A stretch of DNA of 64,000 nt, from positions 21,514,001 through 21,578,000 of the forward strand of contig NC_043000.1 in NCBI RefSeq assembly GCF_006345805.1, written 5' to 3'. The DNA is from Octopus sinensis. Its lineage: Eukaryota. This document shows, one piece after another, positions 1 through 12,800 of the stretch. Numbering within the stretch: position 1 is the first letter of the stretch; the number at the start of each line of letters is the position of its first letter. A model generated the notes under the pieces. It searched no databases and was not told the DNA's origin. It saw only the letters and a list, made by a program, of their open reading frames with translations. The position numbers and the translations under genes are program-made.

Positions 1-63
1 AGGGGAGGGGCGGGGGGAGGGGAGGGGAGGGGGAGGGGCGGTGGGGAGGGGGCGGAGGAGGAG
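1..63. repeat. G-rich low-complexity tract
   Basis: Runs of GGGG separated by A/C. Confidence 0.8.
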
Positions 64-454
64 GATAACAACAATACCAGATTATTTCTGTATCAGTATC
101 TGTAGTATCTATTACATAAGGGCAATGCTGCTAAAGAAATCATTATTTCAATGAAAACCTCTCCAGTGTTCAACAAACCATAAAAAAGAAAAAACGCCTT
201 TTTATGGTTGCTCAATAACAAATCACTCATGGACATACTTATAAAATCAATATACAGTACAGCACCCATGACTTCCAGAAACACACATTTTTTCTATGCT
301 AAGAATTGTTATTGGGCTAAACTACTCAGTTTAGTCGTTGGCTGTCAGATGACAGCATCATTCAAAAATTCCATGCGTCTCTTCTGTGCACCTTTTCCTC
401 TTTAGGGCTCTTTTCCTGTTCACTTTTATGTCATTTTGTCATTTATTCAGTGAA

Positions 455-1200
455 ATCTTGTGGTGTAGTGGTTAGGGTATTTGGCACACAGCGATAAAGC
501 CATGAGTTTGATTCCCAGCAGACACTATATTTGAGCAGAACACTTTATTTCACGTTGCTCCAGTAAACTCAGCTGGCAAAAATGAGTTGTACATGTATTT
601 CAAAGGGCCAGCCTTGTAACATCCTGTGTCAGGCTGAATCTCCTTGAGATCTACATTAAAGGTATGTTGCGAGCTGGGGTATTTCGGCTGCCGTAACGTT
701 GTGAGTTCAAATTCCGCCGAGGTCGACTTTGCCTTTCATCCTTTCGGGGTCGATAAATTAAGCACCAGTTCCGCACTGGGGTCGATGTAATCGACTTAAT
801 ACCTATGTCTGTCCTTGTTTGTCCCCTCTGTGTTTAGCCCCTTGTGGGTAATAAAGAAATAGGTATGTTGCAAGCTGGCAGCAACGTTAGCACACTGGGC
901 GAAATGCTTAGCGGTATTTCATGCGCTGCTGCATCCTGAGTTCAAATTCCGCCGAGGTCGACTTAGCCTGTCATCCTTTTGGGGTCGATAAATTAAGTAC
1001 CAGCTATGCACTGGGTTCGATATAATCGACTTAATTCGTCTGTCTGTTCTTGTTTGTCTCCTCTGTGTTTAGCCCCTTGTGGGCAGTAAAGAAATAGGTA
1101 TATGTGTCTGTGGACTACTCACTCACTTGCATGTTAATTTCATGTGCAGGCTGTTCTGTTGATTGGTTTGACTGGAACCCTCATCGTCATAACCATCAGT
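455..1200 (+). mobile_element. Old tRNA-derived SINE carrying two nested family B SINE copies (about 668-862 and 870-1098)
   Basis: tRNA-like head gtgtagtggttaggg; gagcagaacactttatttcacgttgctccag core; repeated target ggtatgttgc at 661 and 862. Confidence 0.7.
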
Positions 1201-1214
1201 GCCAGTTAGGTTTT

Positions 1215-1447
1215 ATCTCTCTCTTTTACTTGTTTCAGTCATTTGACTGCGACCATACTGGAGCACTGCCTTTAGTCGAGCAAATCAACCCCAGGACTTA
1301 TTCGTTGTAAGCCTAGTACTTATTCTGTCGGTCTCTTCTTCCAAACCACTAAGCTACAGGGACGTAAACACACCAGCATCGGTTGTCAAGCGATATAGGG
1401 GTGACAAACACAGACACACAAACACACACACACACACACACACACTC

Positions 1448-1479
<32 letters not shown>

Positions 1480-1643
1480 GGCGGGCTTCTTTCAGTTTCC
1501 GTCAACCAAATCCACTTACAAGCTTTGGTTGGCCCAAGGCTATAGTAGAAGACACTTGCCCAAGGTGCCATGCAGTGGGACTGAACCCAGAACCATGTGG
1601 TTGGTAAGCAAGCTACTTACCACACAGACACTCCTACGCCTAT
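1215..1643 (-). mobile_element. tRNA-derived SINE family A (other copies about 3650-4085+, 5410-5830-, 9658-10275+, 13148-13535+, 29090-29485-, 33776-34205+, 43250-43640-)
   Basis: Shared head ggagtggctgtgtggtaagtagcttgcttaccaacc, central (TA/TG)n and tail gaaacaagtaaaagag. Confidence 0.85.
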
Positions 1644-1966
1644 GATCTATGTATGATGCATGTACTTTTAGCTTTCATTACTGTCTTTCTTTACTTGACT
1701 CAGCTTTCTGTCACTCTTGTACATTTCCCAATGTGTTGTAGTACACCTGAGCACTGTATACAATAAGATCATTATTATCATCAACTCTTCTACAATATAA
1801 ACTAAACAGAAGAGACACAGGGTCTCATCCATAGCAGATCACAGTACCCATGATGGCATGAAATCTTACAATTCATCAACAAAGTCTCCAACTTGTTATC
1901 AACTTAACAATTGTAACTGAACAGGTCTAAATTAAACTGGGTTGGTTGTAATTATTATAATAATAA

Positions 1967-2474
1967 TCTATATATATAAAACTGTAGTTGTGTGAGCGTC
2001 TGTCCCCTTCGATTTAGATTCCTAACTACTCCCACATTTTGCGGTGCAGTTTAACCAAATTCGGGTATCTTATAGTTGTGATTCATATCGAACCGTCTGA
2101 GTATTAGCGTGCGTCTACAATGAGTCTACGATTTAAAAATAATTTAACATCATTTTTTATTCCATTTTAATGCATAATTTTTGTGTGTCGATGGCGGCGG
2201 AGTTGGCGTCATGGTCACACCTGCACCTGTTTGCTTCTCCCCCTTCTTCCCTCCCTCGTGAAGCTGTGGGAAGGGAGTGTAAGGAAATCAACGTCGTAAA
2301 GCGTTGTCAAGGAGACCAGCGTTCTTTTAGAACAACGACTTCATGGCTTGAAGACACCAAAACAGAAATGGCTAAGAAAGCCCGAATTGGCATCTATAAG
2401 GGAAGTAACTCTCTAAAAATGCTTATATAGTTATTTCCCTTACAAACCCGAGCAACGCCGGGCGATATTACTAG
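1967..2474 (+). mobile_element. Non-autonomous Helitron
   Basis: 5' TC(TATATATA), 3' hairpin cccgagcaacgccggg followed by CTAG; inserted between A and T with no TSD. Confidence 0.8.
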
Positions 2475-2684
2475 TTATTATTATTATAATTTTTCAGACT
2501 GTTATCTTTACATTTAAAGACAAGATTTTTCAATATTTATGTCTACACTACATTTTGAAAATATTGATCTTTAATGGTAGTATAGATGAGGTTAATAGTC
2601 CATAAAATTATAGTTTAATTAATGACAACTCATCTCAGACATTCAAACTAATTAATATTTAATTGATTTTTCTTTTTAATTTAG

Positions 2685-2822
2685 GCTTATAATGCATAAT
2701 TCTAATGTTCATAATATTTTGAAAGAAAGAAATACATCTGTTCCAGAATAAAACACCAAATCTATTGCAGATTTTATTACCCAGGGCCAACAGCTATCTA
2801 TTTAAAGCTGTATATGCCTATG
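2685..2822 (+). CDS. FN3-Trx gene upstream exon (mostly non-coding or frame-disrupted; candidate start ATG at 2814 or 2820)
   Basis: Acceptor ttttaatttag|2685 (alternative ttccag|2747) and donor ATG|gtatgt at 2823. All three frames from 2685 contain stops. Confidence 0.4.
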
Positions 2823-3824
2823 GTATGTCCATGCTTAGAGTTTGCATCTCCAGTCTAGACCCTTACCTTGCTCAGCTATCAATCTCCTGGAAACTGTTCA
2901 GAAATGTTCAACCAGATGAATACCCATCGTCAAACATCTACCATACTCTGAACGTGTTGCTTCCCTGGGCATGGACACATTAAAGCTCCAATGTCTGGCA
3001 ACTGACTTGGTAGACATCCATCTTTCCAATAACCACCTTAAATACCTTTTTGAATTCCATATGCCAAACACTTGTTGGAAAAAATGGTGATTTTTAACTC
3101 ACAGCATTCAATTATTAAAAATTCATAATTGGAATGAATAAATAAAATTGAATATTAAGTATTTATGGAATTTTGATTTACTGTCAGGTGACTTTTGGCC
3201 AACCCTATATATACGTTTATATGTATGTGTGTGTCTTTATCTGAGTTTGTCCCCCATTTCATCACTTGACAACCAATGTTGGTATGTTTACGGCCCCATG
3301 ATTTAGCAGTTTGGCCTAAGAGACTGATAGAATAAGTACTATGCTTACAAAGAATAAACCCAGGGGTCGATTTCTTTGACCAAAAGGTGGTGCTCCAGCA
3401 TGGCCCTGGTCAAATGACTGAAACAAGTAAAAGAATAAAAGACTAAAAGAATATAAAATCAGATTTAGCATTTCATGAACACTATCCATCCTATTGGAAC
3501 AACCATGCATAGAACTGTATAATTCATTGAAATGAGGATTTTACATTCTGACATTCTGACATTCCTTAATGCTACTCTATAAATCTCAGCCACTTCTCTT
3601 CAGAGAGAAACTAATAAATTTCTCATGGATATGAGGATATTACATATAGGCACAGACATGGCTGTATGGTAAGAAGGTTACTTCCCAATCACATGGTTCC
3701 AGGTTCTGTCCCACTGCATAGCACCTTGTGCAAGTGTCTTCTACTATAGCCTCAGGCTGATCAAAGCCTTGAAGTGGATTTGCTAGGTGGAAACTGAAAG
3801 AAGCCTATCATATATGATGAGTGT

Positions 3825-3873
<49 letters not shown>

Positions 3874-6800
3874 TCTTTGTCTGCATTTGTCCCCCACCAT
3901 AGCTTGACAACCAGTGTGTTTACATCCTCATAACTTAGCAGTTCAGCAAAAGAAGCTGATATAACAAGAACCAGGCTTTAAAAAAAAACATACTGGGATT
4001 GATTCATTCAACTAAAAATTCTTTAAGGCGGCGCCCCAGCATGGCCACAATCTAATGACCAAAACAAATGAAAGATAAAAGATTAAAGATTAAAGACCTT
4101 AACCACTGACAACAGGAATCAATCAAAGCCGGCAAACTGGCAGAAACGTTAGCACGCCGGGCAAAATGCGTAGCTGTATTTCGTCTGCCACTACGTTCTG
4201 AGTTCAAGTTCCGCCAAGGTCGACTTTGCCTTTCATCCTTTCGGGGTCAATTAAATAAGTACCAGTTACGCACTGGGGTCGATATAATCGACTTAATCCA
4301 TTTGTCTGTCCTTGTTTGTCTTCTCTGTGTTTAGCCCCTTGTGGGTATTAAAGAAATAGGTATTTCATCTGCAGTTACTTTCTGAGTTCAAATTCTGCCG
4401 AGGTCGACTTTGCCTTTCATCCTTTCAGGGTCGATAAATTAAGTACCAATTACGCACTGGGGTCGATGTAATCCCTTGTCTGTCCTTGTTTGTCCCCTCT
4501 ATGTTTAGTCCCTTGTGGGCAATGGAGAAGTAAGTAACCTAAGGATGCTGGAGACACACAGCAAGTGACACAGCCTCTTCCCTCCATCTTTCCAGTCTTC
4601 ACCCAACCTCAAGTTAACTCTCCCACCCATACCTCTTCCTCCAATAAAATATGTTTCAATATGTTTTTGTACACTAGTGTTTTATATATTAATATTGGTG
4701 CAATTTCCTTTGGCAGGAAGTGTTGGCCATCAAGACTTCTTTGAAACTGGAGAATTTACTTGAAAAGTATATCATTGCTCTTTCCAATTACACAGGTAAC
4801 TTTTTAGTATATACATACATACATACATACAAACATACATCGTCACCAGTGTCACTTTACTGGCACTTGTGCCAGTGGCCCGTGAAAAAACATTAGAGCA
4901 AGGTCGTTACCAGTGCCGCTGGACTGGCTCCTGTGCAGGTGGCACGTAAAAAACACCATTTGCACGTGGCCGTTTCCAGTCCCACCTGACTGGCCCTTGT
5001 GCCAGTGGCATGTAAAAAGCACCCACTACACTATCGGAGTAGTTGGCGTTAGGAAGGGCATCCAGCTGTAGAAACATTGCCAGATCAAGATTGGAGCCCA
5101 GTGCAGCCATCTGGTTCGCCAGTCCTCAGTCAAATCGTCCAACCCATGCTAGCATGGAAAGCGGACGTTAAACGATGATGATGATGATACATGCATGCAT
5201 ACATTATCATCATCACCGCCGCCACCACCATCACCACCACCACCATAATTATCATCATCATCATTGTCATCATCATTTACATGCCAGGCAAAATGCTTAG
5301 CTGCATTTTTACATTGAGTTCAAATCCTATTGGGGTCGACTTTGCTTTGCATCCAGGGGCTAATGTAATCAACTATTTTCCTCGCCAAAAATTTCAGGCC
5401 TTATGCCTATCTCTTTTACTCTCTTTTACTTGTTTCAGTCATTTGACTGTGGCCATGCTGGAGCACTGCCTTTTAGTTGAGCAAATTGACCCCAGGACTT
5501 ATTCTTTGTAAGCCTAGTACTTATTCTATTGGTCTCTTTTGCCGAACCACTAAGTTATGGGGACATAAACACACCAGCATCAGTTGTCAAGCGATGTTTG
5601 GGGGACAGACACAGACACACAAACATATACACACACATACATATTTATACATATACATATATACAACGGGCTTCTTTCAGTTTCCGGCTACCAAATCCAC
5701 TCACAAGGCTTTGGTTGGCCTGAAGCTATTGTAGAAGACACTTGCCCAAGGTGCCAGACAGTAGGACTGAACCTGGAATCAATGTGGTTTGTAAGCAAGC
5801 TACTTACCACACAGCCACTCCTACCTATGGTAGAAAAGATTATCATTATCATTATTATAGAAAAGGTAGCAAGCTGGCAGAAGAATCATTAGCAAGCCAG
5901 GCAAAATGCTCATCAGCATTTCATCCATCTTTACATTCTGAGTTCAAATTCCACCAAGGTCAACTTTGCCTTTCATCCTTTCAGGGTCCATAAATTAAGT
6001 ACCAGTGAAAAACTGGGGTCGATGTAATCAACTAGTCTCCTCCCCAAAAAATTTCAGGTCTTGTGCCTTTAGTAGAAAGCAATATTATTATCATTAAAAA
6101 TGGCAATCTAGCAAGAATTGTTGGAGCATCAGACGATATTCTTAGTAGCATTTCTTTTGCAAGGTCAACTTTGCCTTTAATCCTTTCAGGGCACTTGTGC
6201 CAGTAGAATGTTAAAGCACATCTGAGCACAATCATTGCTAGGGCCACTGATCAGCTCTCGTGCCGGTGACACATGAAAGCACCATTTAAGCATGATTGTT
6301 GCCAGCATTGCCTTACCAGCACATGTGCCAGTGGCATGTGAAAAACAGCATTCAAGCGTGGTCATTGCCAGTGCCACAGGACTGGCTCCTGTGCAGGTAG
6401 CACGTAAAAACACCTTTTGATCATGGTCGTTGCCAGTACCGCCTGACTGGCCCTCATGCTGGTGGCACGTAAAAACCACCCACTACACTCTCAGAGTGGT
6501 TGCCCTTAGGAAGGGCATCCAGCTGTAGAAACTCTGTCAGATCAGATTGGAACCTGATGCAGCCTTCTGGCTCACTAGTCCTCAGTCAAACCATCCAACC
6601 CATTCCAGCATGGAAAGCGGACATTAAACGATGATGATAAGGGTTAATAAAATAAGTACCGGTTACACACTGGGGTTGATGTAATCGACTACCCCCCCCC
6701 CGAAATTGTTGACCTTACGCCAAAATTTGGGACCAATATTTCTATAAATAAAATATAATCTATTTCAGGTCAAGCTCTTCTTGATATAAGCTGGGAATGT

Positions 6801-9800
6801 ACACCAAGTAACCCAAATATTCAAGCCACTGGTTACCAACTTTTACTTGATGGACAGAACTTTGGTACTTTAATTCCTGAACCTAGCAGGAATTTCAAAA
6901 CAATGGTAAGTTTATCAGTCTAGCTAGTATCTTGTTCATCAATTAGATTTATTAACACGATTAATGTAGTCAAGCAAGAAATTTTAATTAGAATGTTTTA
7001 TGCCCAGAAATCGACAGCCCTAAAAAGACAACATTGATACAGCTGAAATACCTTTGATCAGAAGTCTATTCAATCTAACTACTACTGCCACTACTACAAC
7101 TAGATTTTACTACTTATTTTACTACTACTAAAATAAGTACCAGTTGTGTACTGGAGTCGATGTAATCGACTGTCCCCCCCTTCCCCACACCAGAAATTTC
7201 AGGCCTTGTGCCTTTAGTAAAAGGGATTAAGGTGGAGGTATTGTTTTCAGTCGTGTTTGTTTGTCTGTGGGCAAGATATCTCAAGAACCACTGGATGGAT
7301 TTGGATGAAACTTTCAGGAATGTTTGGCCTTGTGACTGGCACGAACAGATTAGATTTTGGAATCGATCCAGTACTGGACAAGGATTCTGGATTATTTTTC
7401 CGGTGTTTTTACTTAATTTTTGAGAGCAGGCGGGTTCATTTTAAGTATTGTCGTTTATGAGAGCAGTTGAGTTTATTTCAGATATTCTCATTTTAAAAAT
7501 CATCTCTGGCTAATCGTTGAGAGGACGTTGGTGTTGCCTTAGTGGAGGTTTGCGTTCTCTGAGTTATTATTACTATTATCGTTGTTTATGTTTTGTGTGA
7601 GTGTGTTCTTGCTCTTGTCATTTCAGTTAAAGGTAGACGACTCCAGCCATACTCTCAGTATGATAGCTCAATATGAAGACACTGAACTTTCTAGCCAAGA
7701 ATCTAATGCCATACAAATCGAAACAGCTCAATTTCTACCATTTACCTATTATTGTTACTGCAAAGGACACATCAAAGAGGCTAAGTAAGGAAGAATTTTT
7801 AGAGTTTTTTATTTTTGTTATCCATATCTACATGATAACTTACATCTGTGTCACTTTTCTCCTCTATGAATCCACTGAAGGCAACCATCTCTTTTACTTT
7901 GGATTGAAACGAGGTACTACTTGGAAACAGTGGTCCCAGTGCACGCACTCACATAGTCACGCATCCGCGCTAGCTAGTCGTGACTAGTCAATCCTACAAC
8001 GACTACCTAGCAAAGTAAATAAAACACAAAATAAATAATTTTTTTACACAAAGTAAATAATTTTTGTTAAACAAAGTAAATAAAACACAAAAACACAAAG
8101 TAAATAATTTTTTAAACAAAGTAAATAACACACAAAAACACAAAGTAAGGATCAACTAGTCATGACTAGCTAGCACGGATGCGCGACTATGCAAGTGCAC
8201 GCATTGCGGCCACTGCTCTCAAGTAGTACCTTGAAACGATTGGGTGCAGTTGTCCAGACACTCGACAATTTGGCTTGGCTCACTGGACATTTAACCTGTT
8301 TTGGGGACAGTACTTTCTGATGCTAGGGGAAGGCAAACACACACACACACACGCGCGCGCGCGCAAGCACATACATGCATGCACACACATGCACAGATGC
8401 AGAGTTATAGACATATAGATGAAGATAGCAAGAGAGAGGAAAAGAAAGAGGGAGAGAAATCCATTCCACATACATACAAATTGTTGTAAAGTATTCTTTT
8501 GCCACTGTTATATCTGTCTTTTGACGATGGTTGTCGCTCTGACAGATATAGTAATATTCCAAAGTCATCGATAGACTGTTTCTATCTGGCATTGTACGAC
8601 CCCTAGTCGTACAGTGTTATTATTCTCAAAAGGCCCACTTATAACGTCTCACGGCATGATTACTATAACTGTTTCTTTATTGCCCACAAGGGGCTAAACA
8701 CAGAAGGGACAGATAAGGACAGATAAAACGGATTAAGTCGATTATATCGACCCCAGTGCGTAACTGGTACTTATTTAATCGACCCCGAAAGGATGAAAGG
8801 CAAAGTCAACCTCGGCGGAATTTGAACTCAGAACGTAACGTCAGACGAAATACAGCTATGCATTTTGCCTGGTGAGCTAACGTTTCTGCCAGATCGCCCC
8901 ATTTCAACACAGTCTACACAACTTTCGACCTTTAACCTTCTGACCTTCTCATGTCAACCAGTTACCGGTCTATTTATAATGGCTGGCTATAACTACTTTT
9001 TACCGGGAGGAGTGTACAGTTTCACTATACAGCACAAACATAACTAGATGCTCACACATATAAACAAAATGAGAGAGTGAAAGAGAGGAGGGAAGGACAA
9101 GGGAAAAATTAAAATGAGAGAAACATGAAAATTTCTAATGTCAAGTAAGTCAGCATCAAATTAGCGACCCCCAAACAGGGGGTGCCAAAATGGCCAGGCC
9201 AAAACAGTTCATATACCTTCTGCTTTCATCATTTTTTACTGTTTTTTCCCAGCCACATAAACGTCCGATAGAATAAGTACTAGGCTTACAAAGAATAAGT
9301 CCTGGGATCGATTTGCTCGGCTAAAAGGCGGTGCTCCAGCATGGCCACAGTCAAATGACTAAAACAAGTAAAAGAGTAAAAGAGTCCTCGTGAATTCCCT
9401 TTTCACTTGTATTTTGATTCCATTTTCCAATTAGTAACAGTTCAAATTATCAATCAAATACATTGATCTTGATCGTTCAAATCAATGAGAGAGACTCTAT
9501 GTGTTCACTCAATCTTCTACAAATAGTTGCTGAATCTTCCTCAAATCACACCTTTCCATCTTAAAAAATGAAGGGATACATTATATAACGTAGTCTTAAA
9601 TATACTGTCTGAAAAAAAAAAGGCCTAGATAGTCATATATGAAACACTTTTGATCATAGGTGCAGGCATGGCTGTGTGGTATGAAACTTGCTTCCCAATC
9701 ATGTGGTTCCAGGTTCAGTCCCACTGCATGGCAGCTTGGGCAAGTGTCTACTACTATAGCCTCAAGCTGACCAAAGCCTTGTGAGTGGATTTGGTAAGCA

Positions 9801-12800
9801 GAAATTGGAAAAACCTGTCATATAGATATTTCTTTATTGCCCACAGGGGGCTAAACACAGAGGGGACAAACAAGGACAGACAGAGGGCTTAAGTCGGTTA
9901 CATCGACCCCAGTGCGTAACTGGTACTTAATTTATCGACCCCAAAAGGATGAAAGGCAAAGTCAACCTCGGCGGAAATTGAACTCAGAACATAACAGCAG
10001 CCAAAATACCGCTAAGCATTTCACCTGACATGCTAACGATTCTACCAGCTTGCCGTGTGTGTGTGTCTGTCTTTGTCCGCTACCACTGCTTGACAACCTG
10101 TGTTGGTGTGTTTCCATCCCCATAAGTTAGCAGTTCAGTAAAAGAAACAGAATAAGTACCAGGCTTAACAAAAAAAAAAAAGTACTGGGGTTAATTTATT
10201 CAACTAAAAATCCTTCAAGGTGGTGCTCCAGCATGACCACAATCTAATGACTGAAACAACTAAAAAAAAGATAAAAAGGTTCACAGAATCAAGGCTGACC
10301 TTCATTTAGACAATTACAGTAACCTCCCCCTTAGACCTCACTCAAAGAAGGCTTAAAAGTTATATATGCATTGCAGCTACTTTACCTCCTCCCCTTCTTA
10401 ATTAAGTATAGGTGGGGGTAGGAGCTATACAGAACTCACTGTTATGCTACTGCTGCTGTTGTTGTTGTTGTTAAGCAACAAGACAGGTAAGGGTGATTAG
10501 GTGATGGTCTAGGGCTTAGGGCAGGAGACCCCAGACGTTGGAAAAAAAAAACTTTGGTCGTCTTGTAGTCGAGGGCTCTTCGTTGACGCCCGACACCACT
10601 GAGAGGTGGCCCTCAAAGTCGCTGGAAGTGGAGATCTCCAGGTCCAAATTCTTGGACGGCTGCTGCTGCTGCATGCTCTGGGTTGATAGGGTTGGGGTCA
10701 TCCCAGGCTGGTGGTCCCAGAGATGACATTATGCATAGAGCCAGCCAGGTTTACCAGTGCTCTCAAATGCTAGAGATCTCATGCCAACCCCTCTGCATCC
10801 TCCGAGATGACATCAAACCTCTGGAGATTTCCCCCAATGACATCCAACCATCTGGTGCAGGGCCTGCCGCAGGGCCTCTTCCAGCCTGCAACTGCTGCAT
10901 CGAATGAGATTAGCCCCTGGTAAGATGATCTGACAGGAGGCAGATGACATGTCTTACCTCATTGTTATGATGCCCAAAACATTACACATCCAATGAAACA
11001 TATTTGCTTCCTTTCTTTCCATCTTTTGCACATCCTCTGCATTTGGTGCACACTTATTAATGCCATGCTGCACTGGAATTCATGCAGAAATGATATACAT
11101 CTACCCTTTGTTGTTAGCAGGGGTAATAGCTCTCTGAATTTTTTCCACATAATTTTTATCCTGTCCACTGTGCTTTCAATACATTCTTCACATCATTGTT
11201 TAGAAATTTTTTACTCTATTATGAGTTTTGGCCAAGTTGGAGCAGCCTCATCAATATTTGATAGCATCTAAAACTTATGTCAAACAGACCTTACAGGTAA
11301 AAGGCACCCAGTTCACTTTGTAAAGGGGTTGGCATTAGGAAGGGCATCCAGGTGTAGAAACCACACCAAAACTGACCATGGAGCTTAGTACAGTCTTCTG
11401 GCTTACCAACTCCTGTTAAACTCTCCAACCCATGCCAGTACAGATGGCATGTGTCAAATGATGGCGGTGGTGATGATGATGATGATCATGATGATCATGA
11501 TGATGACGATGATGACGATGATAACAATGACGATGATGACGATGATGACAACAATGATGACGACGATGACGATGATGATGATGATGATGATCTAATGTTT
11601 TGTTTTTTATTTCTTTAATATCTTATGTAGATGGCCAACTGTTGGTTGCTGCCAGTTCGTAGATGCTTTAAGCCAGGAACAACAGCTCTGCAAGAAGTTG
11701 TCAAACCCCGGTGTTATGAAACAATCATTCCAGCTTCCTGATTGCTTGTTAAAGAACCAAACCAACAACAGTTTTGAACCAGTGTTTCCAATTCAAGGAG
11801 CAACATGCCCAACACTTGTTTTGTTTTGGATACCATGGTGAGTACAATATACCGTAAATCATCAAGTATAGTTCGCCCTTGAGTATAACACGCAGGGGAT
11901 TTTTAGGGGGCTGTACCTCTGAAAAACCTAAACCTTGTGTATAATACGCACCCCTTCTCTAACTTGAGTCAAGGTGGTCTATATAATGTCCTTGGTTTGT
12001 AAAAATGCTTATGGTAACGTCCTTTATTATTATTGTACATATAACATAATGCAAACGTGTAGCTTTTTTGTGCATTTTGTTTGCATAAAATAAAGTTATA
12101 ACAGTAATAACGTTTAATAAATGTTGCTTACTGCAAGTTATGGATGATTCTTTTATGACTTCATTGCTTTCAGGCTTAGCTTAAGGTATTTTCGTGCCCG
12201 ACATCACAAAATGCGTCTGAATAAACATTGCCAGACAGCAAATAGAGACTCGGACATTGCTTAGAAAATATTTTTCATTTTTAACCTCATATATAGTATG
12301 CACTAGGGATTTTGACCTTTAAATTTTGAGAAAAAAATGCGGATTATACTCGAGGATTTATGGTACTCATTTGTTGACTTAAATGTCTGATCTTCATTCT
12401 AAACTCTCCTTAATGAGCTCATTAATTATATCGCTGCAACTTTTCTGTTTACAGGTGCCATCCTTGCAAGAAGGTTATGAACTTTTTGGTTACATTTGTG
12501 CGAGAACATCCGAATCTGGTAAGTTAGGGTTATAGTAATAATATTAGTCACTAAGTTAGGGTGGTGCACTGGCAGTATCGGTAGCATGCAGGGACAAATG
12601 CTTAGCAGCATTTTGTCCATTTGTATGTTCTGAGTTCAAATTTTGCTTTCGGTCATTTCAGGATCAATAAAATAAGAACTAGTTGAGCACTGAGGTCAAC
12701 CAAATCCACTCACAAGGCTTTGGTCGGCCCGAGGCTATAGGAGAAGACACTTGCCCAAGGTGCCATGCAGTGGGACTGAACCCAGAACTATGTGGTTCGT

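Noticed and set aside
4757-4765. TGA as possible selenocysteine in a redox gene
   Set aside because: It lies in a frame incompatible with the downstream exons, away from the active site; no SECIS recognised.
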